Part shown: positions 1-11,000 of the stretch, one piece after another | How positions within the stretch are numbered: position 1 is the stretch's first letter | How the letters are laid out: every line of letters begins with the position of its first letter | Origin: Candidatus Oxydemutator sp. | Lineage (GTDB): Bacteria > Pseudomonadota > Gammaproteobacteria > Poriferisulfidales > Oxydemutatoraceae | Direction: 5' to 3' | DNA length: 64,000 bases | NCBI GenBank assembly: GCA_965203445.1 | Contig: OZ241883.1 | Span: 672,001-736,000 of the forward strand | Translations under genes and position numbers: made by a program | The notes under the pieces: generated by a model | Databases searched by the model: none | What the model was told of the DNA's origin: nothing | Seen by the model: only the letters and a program-made list of their open reading frames with translations

Positions 1-3000
1 GCGCTGACGGCGCCGGACGGGATGACCACGCTGCCGGTCGTGCCGACAAAGTCGGCGGCGTCGACTTCGCCGCCGCCCACCGACCAATTCCAACTCGCGC
101 TCACCCCCGCCGGCAAGACCTTCGCCAAGCTCACCACGTAACTCGCGGTGCCACCTTCCGACACCGTCTCGCTGCCGGCGAGCGTCGGCACAAGAATTAC
201 CCCCTGCGCCTGCTGCTGCGACGTGCGACGCATCGCCATAGTCTCGGTAGCGCCGGCGAACACCAACACCGGGTAATCAAACACGGTACCGAAATCCCAC
301 GGCGCGTCGTCGTTCAAGTCGCCGTCGTCTTCCTGATCCACGTCGTCCACGTTCAACTGGTCCCAGCCCTCGTAGATGGTGAGCGCGGCCGTGGTCGGGC
401 TGAACAACTCGGCCGACGTCCTCGAGGTGTTGTCCGGACTCGGCGGATTCCTTCCGCAGCAACTGCTCTGGCCGCTGCGCTGGCCGTCAAAATAACTCGA
501 CTGCAACACGTCGGCGTAATTCAGCAGCAACGGTCGTATGTCGTAACCCCCTATCAAGCCGCCGACTCTGCTTCCCCCCGCCGTTTCCCCGATGGAGTAG
601 CTGGCGCTCACCACCGACGCGGCGGCGACTTCGCCTACCAGACCGCCCACGTTCCTTCCATCTGCCTGCACTTCCACGTCGGCGTAACTCGCCACCAAGC
701 TGCCGTAATGACCCCCGATCAAACCGCCCACCCCAAATACGCCGGATATGCGACCGCCACTGACGTAACTCGCCGCCACTTTGCCCTCGTTGCGACCCAC
801 CAGCGCTCCTATATAACTGCTACCACCGTCCTCCAGACTCACCCGCGCGTTACGCAAGCCCACGTTGCGGATGATGCCGTTGGCATTCACGGCCCCGAAC
901 AAACCCATGTGCCACCACCGCCTATCCCTGTTCATCCTCAGGTTGCTGATGACGTGGCCGTTGCCTTCAAAAACCGCGGTGTAATAATAATCCGCCGGAG
1001 CTCCGTCCCAGCATACACGCGTGCCCCTCGACTGCCGGGTAACGCAAGAGCGATAATCCTGCGGAAAGGCACCATCATTAGGAATCTCATCACTGCCGCC
1101 CCCGCCTATCGGCGTCCAGTCCGGGATGCTAGACAGATCCAGGTCGGCCGACAACTCGTAGCCGGTGCACGACGCCCCCGGACAGGTCTGCGTCTGCTCG
1201 AAAAACGGAAACGCCGCCAGATAAACGGCCCTGTTCGCGTCGCCGCTCACGCCCGCCAGCCCGGCACCGCCCAGGTCGTGGCGGATCGCCGCCAACTGCG
1301 ACGTCGTCGCCACCTCTATCAGGGTGTCGTCGTCGAGGTCGTAGTCTCTGCCGGCTCCGTCGCTGGGACTGATCACGGTGCTGACGGAAGCCGGCACACC
1401 CAGACTCACGCGCGCGGGCGCCCCCGCGAGCATCGCGTCGCTCAACGCGACCACCATGACCTCGGACAACTCGGTAATGACGTCATCGCGCACCCCCACC
1501 GAAAACGACGCGCTGCTCGCGCCGGATGCGATGACCACGCTGCCGCTGGTCCTGCCGTCAAAGTCGTCGGTGCTGACTTGGTTGCCGCCCACCGCCCAAT
1601 TCCAACTCGCAGTCACCCCCGCCGGCAAGGACTCCGGCAAGCTCACCACGTAACTCGCGGTGCCGCCTTCCGACACCCCCGCGCTTCCGGCGAACGTCGG
1701 CGTAAGACTTACCTCCGGCTGCGCCTGCTGCTGCGACGTGCGACGCGCCGACTCCGTGTCGGTAGCGCCGCCGAACACCAGCACCGGGTAATCAAACGCG
1801 CTGCCGAAATCCCATGGAGCGTCGTCGTTGTAGTCGCCGTCGCCCCCCTGATCCACGTCGTCCACGTTCAACTTGTCCCAACCGGCGTAGATGGTGCCCG
1901 CCGCCGTGATCGGGAGAATCAAGTCGCTCGACGTCTTCGCAACAACGTCGTCCAGACCGAACTCATTCGTTCCGCAGCAACTGCTCCGGAAGCTGCGCTC
2001 TTTGTCAAAATAACTCGACTCCACCGCGGCGATGACGGTCACCCCGAACTGTCCGCCACCCGCGGTGGCAACCCGCCGCCCTATCAAGCCGCCGACTCTG
2101 CTACCCCCCGTCGTTTCCCCGACGGAGTAGCTGGCGCTGACCACCGACGCGGCGCCGGCTTCGCCTACCAGACCGCCCGCGTTGCTTGCCTTTGCATGCA
2201 CCTCCACGTCGGCGTAACTCGCCACCAACCGGCCGTAATGACCCCCTATCAAACCGCCCACCCCGGATGCGCCGGATATGCGACCGCCACTGACGTAACT
2301 CGCCGCCACTTTGCCCTCGTTGCGGCCCACCAGCGCACCGGTATAGGTGCTGCTGCGACCCAAGTCCACCTGCGCGTTGCGCAAGCCCACGTTGCGGATT
2401 CTGCCGTCGGCGCCGACGATGCCGAACAAACCCGTGCCATACACCCCGCCGCCGCTCATCCGCAGGTTGCTGATGACGTGGCCGTTGCCTTCGAAAACAG
2501 CGGTGTAAGCATCCGGCGTACCGCCCCCGCCTAGCGGCGTCCAGTCCGCTACGTCGGACAGATCCAGGTCGGCCGATAACTCGTAGCCGGTGCACGCGCG
2601 CGGACAGCTCGCCTCGTCGAAAAAGGGAAACGCCTTCCGATAAGCGACGTTGTTCGTATCGCTCACGCCCGTCACCCCGGCACCGTCCAGGTCGTGGCGG
2701 ATCGCCGCCAACTGCGACGTCGTCGCCACCTCTATCAAGGTGTCGCCGTCGACGTCGTAGTCCTTTTCGACTCCGTCGCTGGGATCGATCACGGTCCTCA
2801 CCGGAGCGGGCACGCCTAAGCGCACGCCACGCGCGGGCACCCCCGCGCCCGTGAGCCTCGCGTTGCTCAACGCAACCACCATGGTCTCGAACGACTCGGC
2901 ATCGGCGTCGTCGCGCACCGTCAACGAAAACGCTATTCGGTTCTGGCCGGACTCGATGGTCACGCTGCCGGTGGTCGCGCCGACAATGTCGTCGGCGTTG

Positions 3001-4904
3001 ACTTCGCCGCCACCCACCGACCAATCCCAAGTCGCGTTCACCCCCACCGGCAAGGCTTCCGGCAAACGCACCGCGTAAAGCGCGACGCCACCTTCCGACA
3101 CGGTCTCGCTTCCGATGAGCGTCGGTGCAAGACTTACCTCCGGCTGCGCCTCCTGCTGCGACCTGCTACGCGCCTGCCTCGTCTCGGTAGCACCGCCGAA
3201 CACCAGCACCGGGTAATCAAACGCGGTGCCGAAATCCCATGGAGCGTCGTCGTTGTAGTCGCCGTCGCCTCCCTGATCCACGCGGTCCACGTGCAACTTG
3301 TCCCAACCCTCGTAGATGGTGCCCGCGGCGGTGGTCGGTGTGCGCAACTGGTGTGACGCCCTCGATCCGCAGCAACCACCCTGGCGACTGCGCTCCCGGT
3401 CAAAATAACTGGACTCCACCACGGCGCCGGCCACCCGGTTCCCTATCAAACCGCCAATCGGGTAAATCCCCGTCACTCTCCCGACCGAGTAGCTGGCGCT
3501 CACCACCGACGCGCCACCGGCTTCGCCTATCAGACCGCCCACGTTAGCTCCATCTGCATGCACTTCCACGTCGGCGTAACTCGCCACCAGCCTGCCGGCG
3601 TAATGACCCCCTATCAAACCGCCCACCCCCGCATTGCCGGATACGCGACCGCCAATGACGTAACTCGCCAACACTTCGCCCTCGTTGTCTCCCACCAGCG
3701 CACCTATAAACAAGCTATCACCACCCATTTCCACCTGCGCGTTGTGCAAGCCCACGTTGCGGATCACGCCGCCGGCGCCCACCCTGCCGAACAAACCTAT
3801 CTGCCACTCCCCGTCCCTGGCCACCCGCAAATTGCGGATGACGTGGCCGTTGCCTTCAAAAACGGCGGTGTAGGCATCCCCCGGCACGGCACGCGGAACC
3901 CCCCCGCCCAGCGGCTTCCAGCCTGGGCCCGGGGCCGGGTTCACACTGGACAGATCCAGGTCGGCCGACAACTCGTAGCCGGCGCACGTGCCCGGACAGG
4001 TCTCCATCTCGTCGTAATGGGGAAACGCCGCCCGATAAGCCCGATAAGCGGCCTCGTTGGCACTGCTCACGCCCGCCAGCCCGGCACCGCCCAGGTCGTA
4101 ACGGATCGCCGCCAACTGCGACGTCGTCGCCACCTCTATCAAGTTGTCGTCGTCAAAGTCGTAGTCCACGCGATCACGCACCTCGACCGTCACCACGTCC
4201 ACGCCCGTCGCACCGCGCGCGTCCGCAACCGTCAACTCGAACACCAGCGTCTCCGCCACCGCCACCCGCGGCACCGCGAACGTCGCCGTCTCCGACGTGG
4301 CGCCCGTCACCCCGACGACCGTGCCGCTGAGCTGACGCCACCGATACGTCAACTCCTCGCCTTCCGGATCATCCGCGACGCCGCGCAGCGTAACCACGTC
4401 GCCCTCGCTCACGATCACGTCGGAACCCGCGTCCACCATCGGCGCGTCGTTCGCGCCCGCGCGCACCGTGATCACCACCGTGTTCGTCGTATTGCCGACC
4501 AGCTGCCGTTCCACGGGCGACGACAAACCCCGCACGTCGGTTACCACCAGCGCGAACTCAAGCGTCTCGTCGTCCACCAACTGCGTCGGTGCCAGGAACG
4601 TCGTGCTGCGCGCCGCGGCGTCGCGCAACGCCACCGTGGCGCCGCCGGTCTGACGCCATGCGTACCTCAGCGGCTCGTTGTGCGAACTGCTGCTCGCGGC
4701 GCCGTCCAAAGTCACCACGGCACCCTCGGACACGGTCTGATCGGGCCCGGCGTGCGCCGTCGGCGCGACCGCTTCCTGGGCGGACACGGTAGCGACAACG
4801 GACAACCCTAATAGCAATAACAGACTACGCACCCCCCCCATCACTGGACCGCCGAGCGTTGGAGCAAGGGAGCGTCGGAGCGTTGAAGCGAGGAATCCGG
4901 CCAT
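1..4904 (-). CDS. Giant secreted repeat protein D (partial, >=1634 aa, continues beyond left edge): signal peptide, 2 PKD-like domains, >=3 GLUG/Calx-beta modules
   Basis: ATG at 4904 (cat 4902-4904) in a context identical to the start of gene C. The same frame at the window edge still reads ...ADFVGTTGSVVIPSGAVS. Not in the ORF track, consistent with no in-window stop. VATTSQLAA motifs near 4120, 2715 and 1300. Confidence 0.9.
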   Translation of the reverse strand, partial: MAGFLASTLRRSLAPTLGGPVMGGVRSLLLLLGLSVVATVSAQEAVAPTAHAGPDQTVSEGAVVTLDGAASSSSHNEPLRYAWRQTGGATVALRDAAARSTTFLAPTQLVDDETLEFALVVTDVRGLSSPVERQLVGNTTNTVVITVRAGANDAPMVDAGSDVIVSEGDVVTLRGVADDPEGEELTYRWRQLSGTVVGVTGATSETATFAVPRVAVAETLVFELTVADARGATGVDVVTVEVRDRVDYDFDDDNLIEVATTSQLAAIRYDLGGAGLAGVSSANEAAYRAYRAAFPHYDEMETCPGTCAGYELSADLDLSSVNPAPGPGWKPLGGGVPRAVPGDAYTAVFEGNGHVIRNLRVARDGEWQIGLFGRVGAGGVIRNVGLHNAQVEMGGDSLFIGALVGDNEGEVLASYVIGGRVSGNAGVGGLIGGHYAGRLVASYADVEVHADGANVGGLIGEAGGASVVSASYSVGRVTGIYPIGGLIGNRVAGAVVESSYFDRERSRQGGCCGSRASHQLRTPTTAAGTIYEGWDKLHVDRVDQGGDGDYNDDAPWDFGTAFDYPVLVFGGATETRQARSRSQQEAQPEVSLAPTLIGSETVSEGGVALYAVRLPEALPVGVNATWDWSVGGGEVNADDIVGATTGSVTIESGQNRIAFSLTVRDDADAESFETMVVALSNARLTGAGVPARGVRLGVPAPVRTVIDPSDGVEKDYDVDGDTLIEVATTSQLAAIRHDLDGAGVTGVSDTNNVAYRKAFPFFDEASCPRACTGYELSADLDLSDVADWTPLGGGGTPDAYTAVFEGNGHVISNLRMSGGGVYGTGLFGIVGADGRIRNVGLRNAQVDLGRSSTYTGALVGRNEGKVAASYVSGGRISGASGVGGLIGGHYGRLVASYADVEVHAKASNAGGLVGEAGAASVVSASYSVGETTGGSRVGGLIGRRVATAGGGQFGVTVIAAVESSYFDKERSFRSSCCGTNEFGLDDVVAKTSSDLILPITAAGTIYAGWDKLNVDDVDQGGDGDYNDDAPWDFGSAFDYPVLVFGGATDTESARRTSQQQAQPEVSLTPTFAGSAGVSEGGTASYVVSLPESLPAGVTASWNWAVGGNQVSTDDFDGRTSGSVVIASGASSASFSVGVRDDVITELSEVMVVALSDAMLAGAPARVSLGVPASVSTVISPSDGAGRDYDLDDDTLIEVATTSQLAAIRHDLGGAGLAGVSGDANRAVYLAAFPFFEQTQTCPGASCTGYELSADLDLSSIPDWTPIGGGGSDEIPNDGAFPQDYRSCVTRQSRGTRVCWDGAPADYYYTAVFEGNGHVISNLRMNRDRRWWHMGLFGAVNANGIIRNVGLRNARVSLEDGGSSYIGALVGRNEGKVAASYVSGGRISGVFGVGGLIGGHYGSLVASYADVEVQADGRNVGGLVGEVAAASVVSASYSIGETAGGSRVGGLIGGYDIRPLLLNYADVLQSSYFDGQRSGQSSCCGRNPPSPDNTSRTSAELFSPTTAALTIYEGWDQLNVDDVDQEDDGDLNDDAPWDFGTVFDYPVLVFAGATETMAMRRTSQQQAQGVILVPTLAGSETVSEGGTASYVVSLAKVLPAGVSASWNWSVGGGEVDAADFVGTTGSVVIPSGAVS

Positions 4905-5010
4905 TGTCTAACGCACCGAAAACGGCCTGTGCCGACCCTTGTTCTCTATCACGAAATACCGATCGGCGGACAGCACCTCGCCGTCAAAGTCCACGTCCGC
5001 GTCCACCGCG
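4330..5010. repeat. Near-identical copy of ~14896-15576 (gene junction, leader and first PKD domain)
   Basis: Constant 10566-bp offset (4468/15034, 4589/15155, 4908/15474), including the stop/start junction. Confidence 0.9.
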
Positions 5011-8000
5011 TAACGGCCGACCGCGGCCGCGGCGCGGTAGCCGACCGCGCCCAACGACGTCAGGTTGTACACGCGTATCAATGCCTCGTCTCGCTCATCA
5101 ATCACGCCGTTTCGATCCAGGTCGCCCGCGACCATCGCATGCAGGCCCGCCCCCATTTCAACCTGCCCGTCGCCGTGCGACTGCCCGACGCGGAAGTCCA
5201 CGCAGTAGTCCGCCTCGCAATCGGTGCCCGTGGCCGCGACGACCGGAGCAGACGACATCACCGGCAGATGGTTGCGGTGGTGGATCAGCACGTACAGATC
5301 CTCGCCTTCGGGCGGCTTCAGCTCGAAGCGCACGCCGTCCAATAACGACGCATCCGCCACCGACGCCGCCTCGTTTATCCCCGCGATGCGACCGTCGCTC
5401 AGCAGCAGACCCGTCGCGCGACCGCCCGCCAGCGGCCGCGACGACGCGGCCGCGGCCGCGCTCTGGCCGGTGCGCAACTCCACCAGCACCCAGTCCACTA
5501 TCGCCGAGGTTACCCCGGCCAGGCCGGCCGCCGTGCCCACGTGCGGCACCGTCGTCGTAGCCGGGTAGTTCCATGGGGACGCGCCGTACGGCTGGCGCCT
5601 CGGCAACAGACCCGCCAAGTCGCTCCTCATGCGGCGGGTTTCGGGAAGCAACGCCCCCTGCAAAACCACTCGCGCGTCCACCAGTATGCTCCTCGGGTCG
5701 CGCACGTTGACGTCCGCAAACGACGGGGTTCCCAGCTCCGCTACATGGGTGAGGCAATTCGGGCAGCCCGTCAACCTCAAACGGAAGCGCTCGCGCTCCT
5801 CATTCTCCAACTGGTCGCTCGCCACGCGCACCGCTATCGTCGCCGTGCCCATCTCATTCAACGTCACGCTCCCGGTGAACGGCAGCGAACCCACCGAGCG
5901 CGCGCTGGCGGCGCGCCCCTCTACGTTCACGGTAGCCAGGTCCTCGTGCGTCAAACCCTCGGATACGGCGGTAATCTCATATTCCACTACCACCGCCCGA
6001 TCACCGCCGCCACGCAGCGTGATCGTGAACGTCGCGGTAGTGCCTTCGCTCACCGTCGCGGACCTCGCCGCCACCGTTATCGGATCATTGATCGCTATCG
6101 TCGTACGCGCGACGGTGCTCGGCACGCCCAAACGTACGTCAGCCGGCGCCCCCGTGAGCCTCGCGCTGCTCAACGTAACCGCCAGCACCTCGGGCGGTTC
6201 GATAACGCCGTCGGCGCGCACCCTCAACACAAACGACGCGCTGGCGGCACCGGGCGCAATGACCACGCTGCCCGCGGTGGTGCCGACAAAGTCGTCGGCG
6301 TCGACTTCGCCGCCCACCGCCCAGCTCCAACGCGCGCTCGCCCCCGCCGGCAAGGCCCCCGGCAAGCGCACCACGTAACTCGCGGTGCCGCCTTCCGCCA
6401 CCACCGTGCTCCCGGTGAGCGTCGGCGCAAAATCTACCTCCGGCTGCGTCTGCTGCTGCGACGTGCGACGCGCCGCCTGCGTGTCGGTAGCGCCGCCGAA
6501 CACCAACACCGGGTAATCGAACACGCTGCCGAAATCCCACGGCGCGTCGTCGTTAAAATCGCCGTCGCGTCCCTGATCCAGGCCGTCCACGTTCAACCTG
6601 CTCCAACCGGCGTAGATGGTGCCCGTCGCCGTCGTCGGGGCGCGCAACTGGTTCGACGTCTTCGAGGTGTTGTCCGGACTCGGCACGTTCGATCCGCAGC
6701 AGTCACTTTGGCCGCTGCGCTCTCGGTCAAAATAACTGGACTCCACCACGGCGCCGACCATCCTGTTCCCTATCAAGCCGCCGGCCGTAGCCCCCGTCGG
6801 TTTCCCGACCGAGTAACTGGCGCTCACCACCGACGCGCCACCGGCTTCGCCCACCAGACCGCCCGCGTTGGCTCCCTCTGCTGTATGCACTTCCACGTCG
6901 GCGTAACTTGCTACCAGCCTGCCGTAATTACCCCCTATCAAGCCACCCACCGCCCATACGCCGGATATGCGACCGCCACTGACGTAACTCGCCACCACTT
7001 TGCCCTCGTTGCGCCCGACCAGCGCTCCTGTATTAGTACTGTGATCACCCAGGGATATCCACGCGTTGCGCAAGCCCACGTTGCGGACCGTGCCGACGGC
7101 GCTCACGGCGCCGAACAAGCCCGTATGAGACAACCGCCCACCCCTGGCCACCCGCAGATTGCTGATGACGTGGCCGTTGCCTTCAAAAACAGCGGTGTAA
7201 TAATTATCCAGAAGGCTGTCCCCTCCCCCGCCTATCGGCGTCCAACCCGGGCCCGGGGCCGGCTCCACGCTGGACAAATCCAGGTCGGCCGACAACTCGT
7301 AGCCGGTGCACGTGCTCGGACAGGTCTGCTTCTCGTCGAAAACGGGAAACGCCGCGAAATAAGCGAGTCTGTTCGCCTTGCCCACCACGCCCGCTATCCC
7401 GGCACCGCCCAGGTCATAGCGGATTGCCGCCAACTGCGACGTCGTCGCCACGTCTATCAAACCGTCGTTGTCGTCGTCGTAGTCTATCTCGTCGCTCGCC
7501 TCGATCGTGGTCCTGACGGAAACCGGCACGCCTAAACGCGCACGCGCGGGCGCCCCCGTCGGCATCGCGCTGCTCAACGTTACCACCATGACCTCGGACA
7601 ACTCAGGGATAGTGTCATCGAACACCTCCACCGAAAACGACGCGCTGCTCGCGCCGGAACCGATGACTACGACGCCGGTCGTACCGACAAAGTCGGCGAT
7701 GCTAACCTCGTCGCCGCCCACGACCCAATCCCAACGCACGCTCGCCCCCGTCGGCAAGGCCTCCGGCAAACTCACCACGTAACTCGCCGCCTCGCCTTCC
7801 GACACGGTAACGCTCCCGGTGAGCGTCGCCGCAAGAATTATCGCCGGCTGCGCCTCCTGCTGCGACGTGCGGCGCATCGCCATAGTCTCGGTAGCGCCGC
7901 CGAACACCAGCACCGGATAATCAAACACGGTGCCGAAATCCCACGGCGCGTCGTCGTTCAGATCATCGTCGCCCGTCTGATCCACGTCGTCCACGTTCAA

Positions 8001-11000
8001 CTGGTCCCAACCCGCGTAGATCGTGCCCGCCGCGGTGGTGGGCGCGCGCAACTGGTTCGACGTCTGCGGGGTGTTGTCCGGACTCGGCACGCTATTTCCG
8101 CAGCATCGGCTCTGGCCGCTGCGCCCGGTGTCAAAATAACTCGACTCCACCACCGCGGCGATGGCCTTGCTCCCTATCAAGCCGCTGGGTATGCCCCTCG
8201 CTATGTTTGAGGGATCGATGTACCCCGTCGTCGCCCCGACCGAGTAACTGGCGCTCACCACCGACCCGACGGCGCTTCCGCCTATCAGACCGCCTCCGGT
8301 TGGACCTGATTCTACATACATTTCCACGTCGGCGTAACTCGCCACCACCACACCGTAATTACCCCCCACCAAACCGCCCACCGTCTCTACGCCGAATACG
8401 CGACCGCCAATCACGTAACTCGCCGCCACCTTGCCCTCGTTGCGGCCCACCAGCGCACCTACATGATCGCCACCATCGCCACCACCACCCAGTGCAAACG
8501 GAGCCAGCTCCACCCGCGCGTTGTGCAAGCCCACGTTGCGGATCACGCCGCCGGCGCTCACGGCGCCGAACAAACCCATGTAATACGAGTCCCCTTTCCT
8601 GGTCATCGTCAGATTGCTGATGACGTGGCCGTTGCCTTCAAAAACGGCGCTGTAATAATCCGCATCCCTCAGCCCCTGCCCCCTACGGGGGTTACCGCTG
8701 TCCCCGCCCAGCGGCGTCCAGTTCAAGCCGGACAAGTCCAGATCGCTCGACAACTCGTAGCCGGTGCACGTGCTCGGACAGGTCTGCGGCGCGCCGAAAA
8801 GGGGAAACGCCGCAAAATAAGCGGATTTGTTCGCACTGCTCACGCCCGCTATCCCGGCACCGCCCAGGTCGTAGCGGATCGCCGCCAACTGCGACGTCGT
8901 CGCCACCTCTATCAAACCGTCGTCGTCCTCGTCGTAGTCGGTGCCGTCGTTGAACTCGATCGTGGTCCTGAAGGGAAGCGGCACGCCCAAAGCCACGCCC
9001 TGCGGCGCCCCCGCGAGCCTCGCGTTGCTCAACGCAACCACCATGACCTCGGGCATCTCGATCTCGCCGTCGGCGCGCACCCTCAACACAAACGACGCGC
9101 TGGCGGCGCCGGCTGCGATGACCACGCTGCCTACGGTGGTGCCGACAAAGTCGTCGGCGTCGACTTCGCCGCCGCCCACCGACCAATTCCAACTCGCGCT
9201 CACCCCCGCCGGCAAGGCCCCCGAAAAGCGCACCACGTAACTCGCGATCCCACCTTCCTGCCCCGTCGCACTCCCGGCGAGCGTCGGCGTAAGAATTACC
9301 TCCGGCCGCGCCTGCCGCTGCGACGTGCGACGCACCGCCTCGGTCTCGGTAGCGCCGCCGAACACCAGCACCGGGTAATCAAACACGCCGCCGAAATCCC
9401 ACGGCGCGTCGTCGTTCAAGTCGCCGTCGCGTCCCTGATCCACGTCGTCCACGTTCAACTGGTCCCAACCCGCGTAGATCGTGCCCGTCGCCGTAGTCGG
9501 AAAAAGCAACTCGGCCGACAACCTCGGGGTGTGGTCCGGATCCGGCGAATTCCTTCCGCAGCAGCTGCTCAGGCCGCTGCGCTCTTTGTCAAAATAACTG
9601 GACTCCACCACGGAGCCGGTAACCCTGCTCCCTATCAAACCATTGGCCGATACCCCCGTCGGTCTGCCGATGGAGTAACTGGCTCTCACGGCCCCCTCGG
9701 ATGGGTCTGAACCCACGAGGCCGCCCGCGTTCGCCCCACCTGCATGCACTTCCACGTCGGCGTAACTCGCCACTACCTCACCGATATTAATCCCTACCAG
9801 GCCGCCCACCGAGGTTCCGCCGGATATGCGACCGCCACTGACGTAACTCGCCGCCACTTTGCCACGGTTGGTTCCCACCAGCGCACCGGCACTCACGCTA
9901 TCACGACCCAGGTCTATCTGCGCGTTGCGCAAGCCCACGTTGCGGACTCTGCCGTCGGCGCCCACCCTGCCGAACAAACCCACGAGAAACCATCGTCCAC
10001 TCCTCACCACCCGCAGATTGCTGATGACGTGGCCGTTGCCTTCAAAAACCGCGGTGTAAGTATCCCCCGGAAGGCCTTCCAGCCTGACGCCCCCGCCTAG
10101 CGGCGTCCAGCCCGCGCCCGGCGCCGGGTTCACGCTGGACACATCCAGGTCGGCCGATAACTCGTAGCCGGTGCACGCGCCAGAACAGGTCTGCTCCGCG
10201 TCGAAAAAGGGAAACGCCGCCAGATAAGCGGCCCTGTTCTCGTCGCCGCTCACGCCCGCCAGCCCGGCACCGCCCAGGTCGTAGCGGATCGCCGCCAACT
10301 GCGACGTCGTCGCCACCTCTATCAAGGTGTCGCCGTCGAAGTCGTAGTCTATCTGGTCGCTCGCCTCGATCGTGGTCCTGACGGAAAACGGCACGCCCAG
10401 ACCCACGTGCGCGGGCACCCCCGTGAGCCTTGCGTTGCTCAACGTTACCACCATGACCTCGGACAACTCGGTCTCGCCGTCTGCGCGCACCCTCACCGAA
10501 AACGACGCGCTGACGGCGCCGGATGCGATGACCACGTCGCCGGTGGTCGCGCCGACAAAGTCGTCGGTGCTGACTTCGCCACCCACCGACCAATCCCAAG
10601 TCGCGCTCACCCCCGCCGGCAAGGCCTCCGGCAGGCGCACCTGGTAACTCGCCATCTCGCCTTCCGACACGGTCTCGCTTCCGGTGAGCGTCGGTGCAAG
10701 ACTTACCTGCGGCTGCGCCTCCTGCTGCAACGTGCGACGCGCCGCATCCGTCTCGGTAGCGCCGGCGAACACCAACACAGGGTAATCAAACACGGTGCCG
10801 AAATCCCACGGCGCGTCGTCGTTCAAATCGCCGTCGTCTTCCTGATCCACGTCGTCCACGTTCAACTGCTCCCAGCCCTCGTAGATGGTGAACGCGGCCG
10901 TGGTCGGACTGAACAACTCGGCTGACGTCTTCGAGGTGTTGTCCGGACTCGGCGGATTCCTTCCGCAGCAGCTGCTCTGGCCGCTGCGCTGGCCGTCAAA

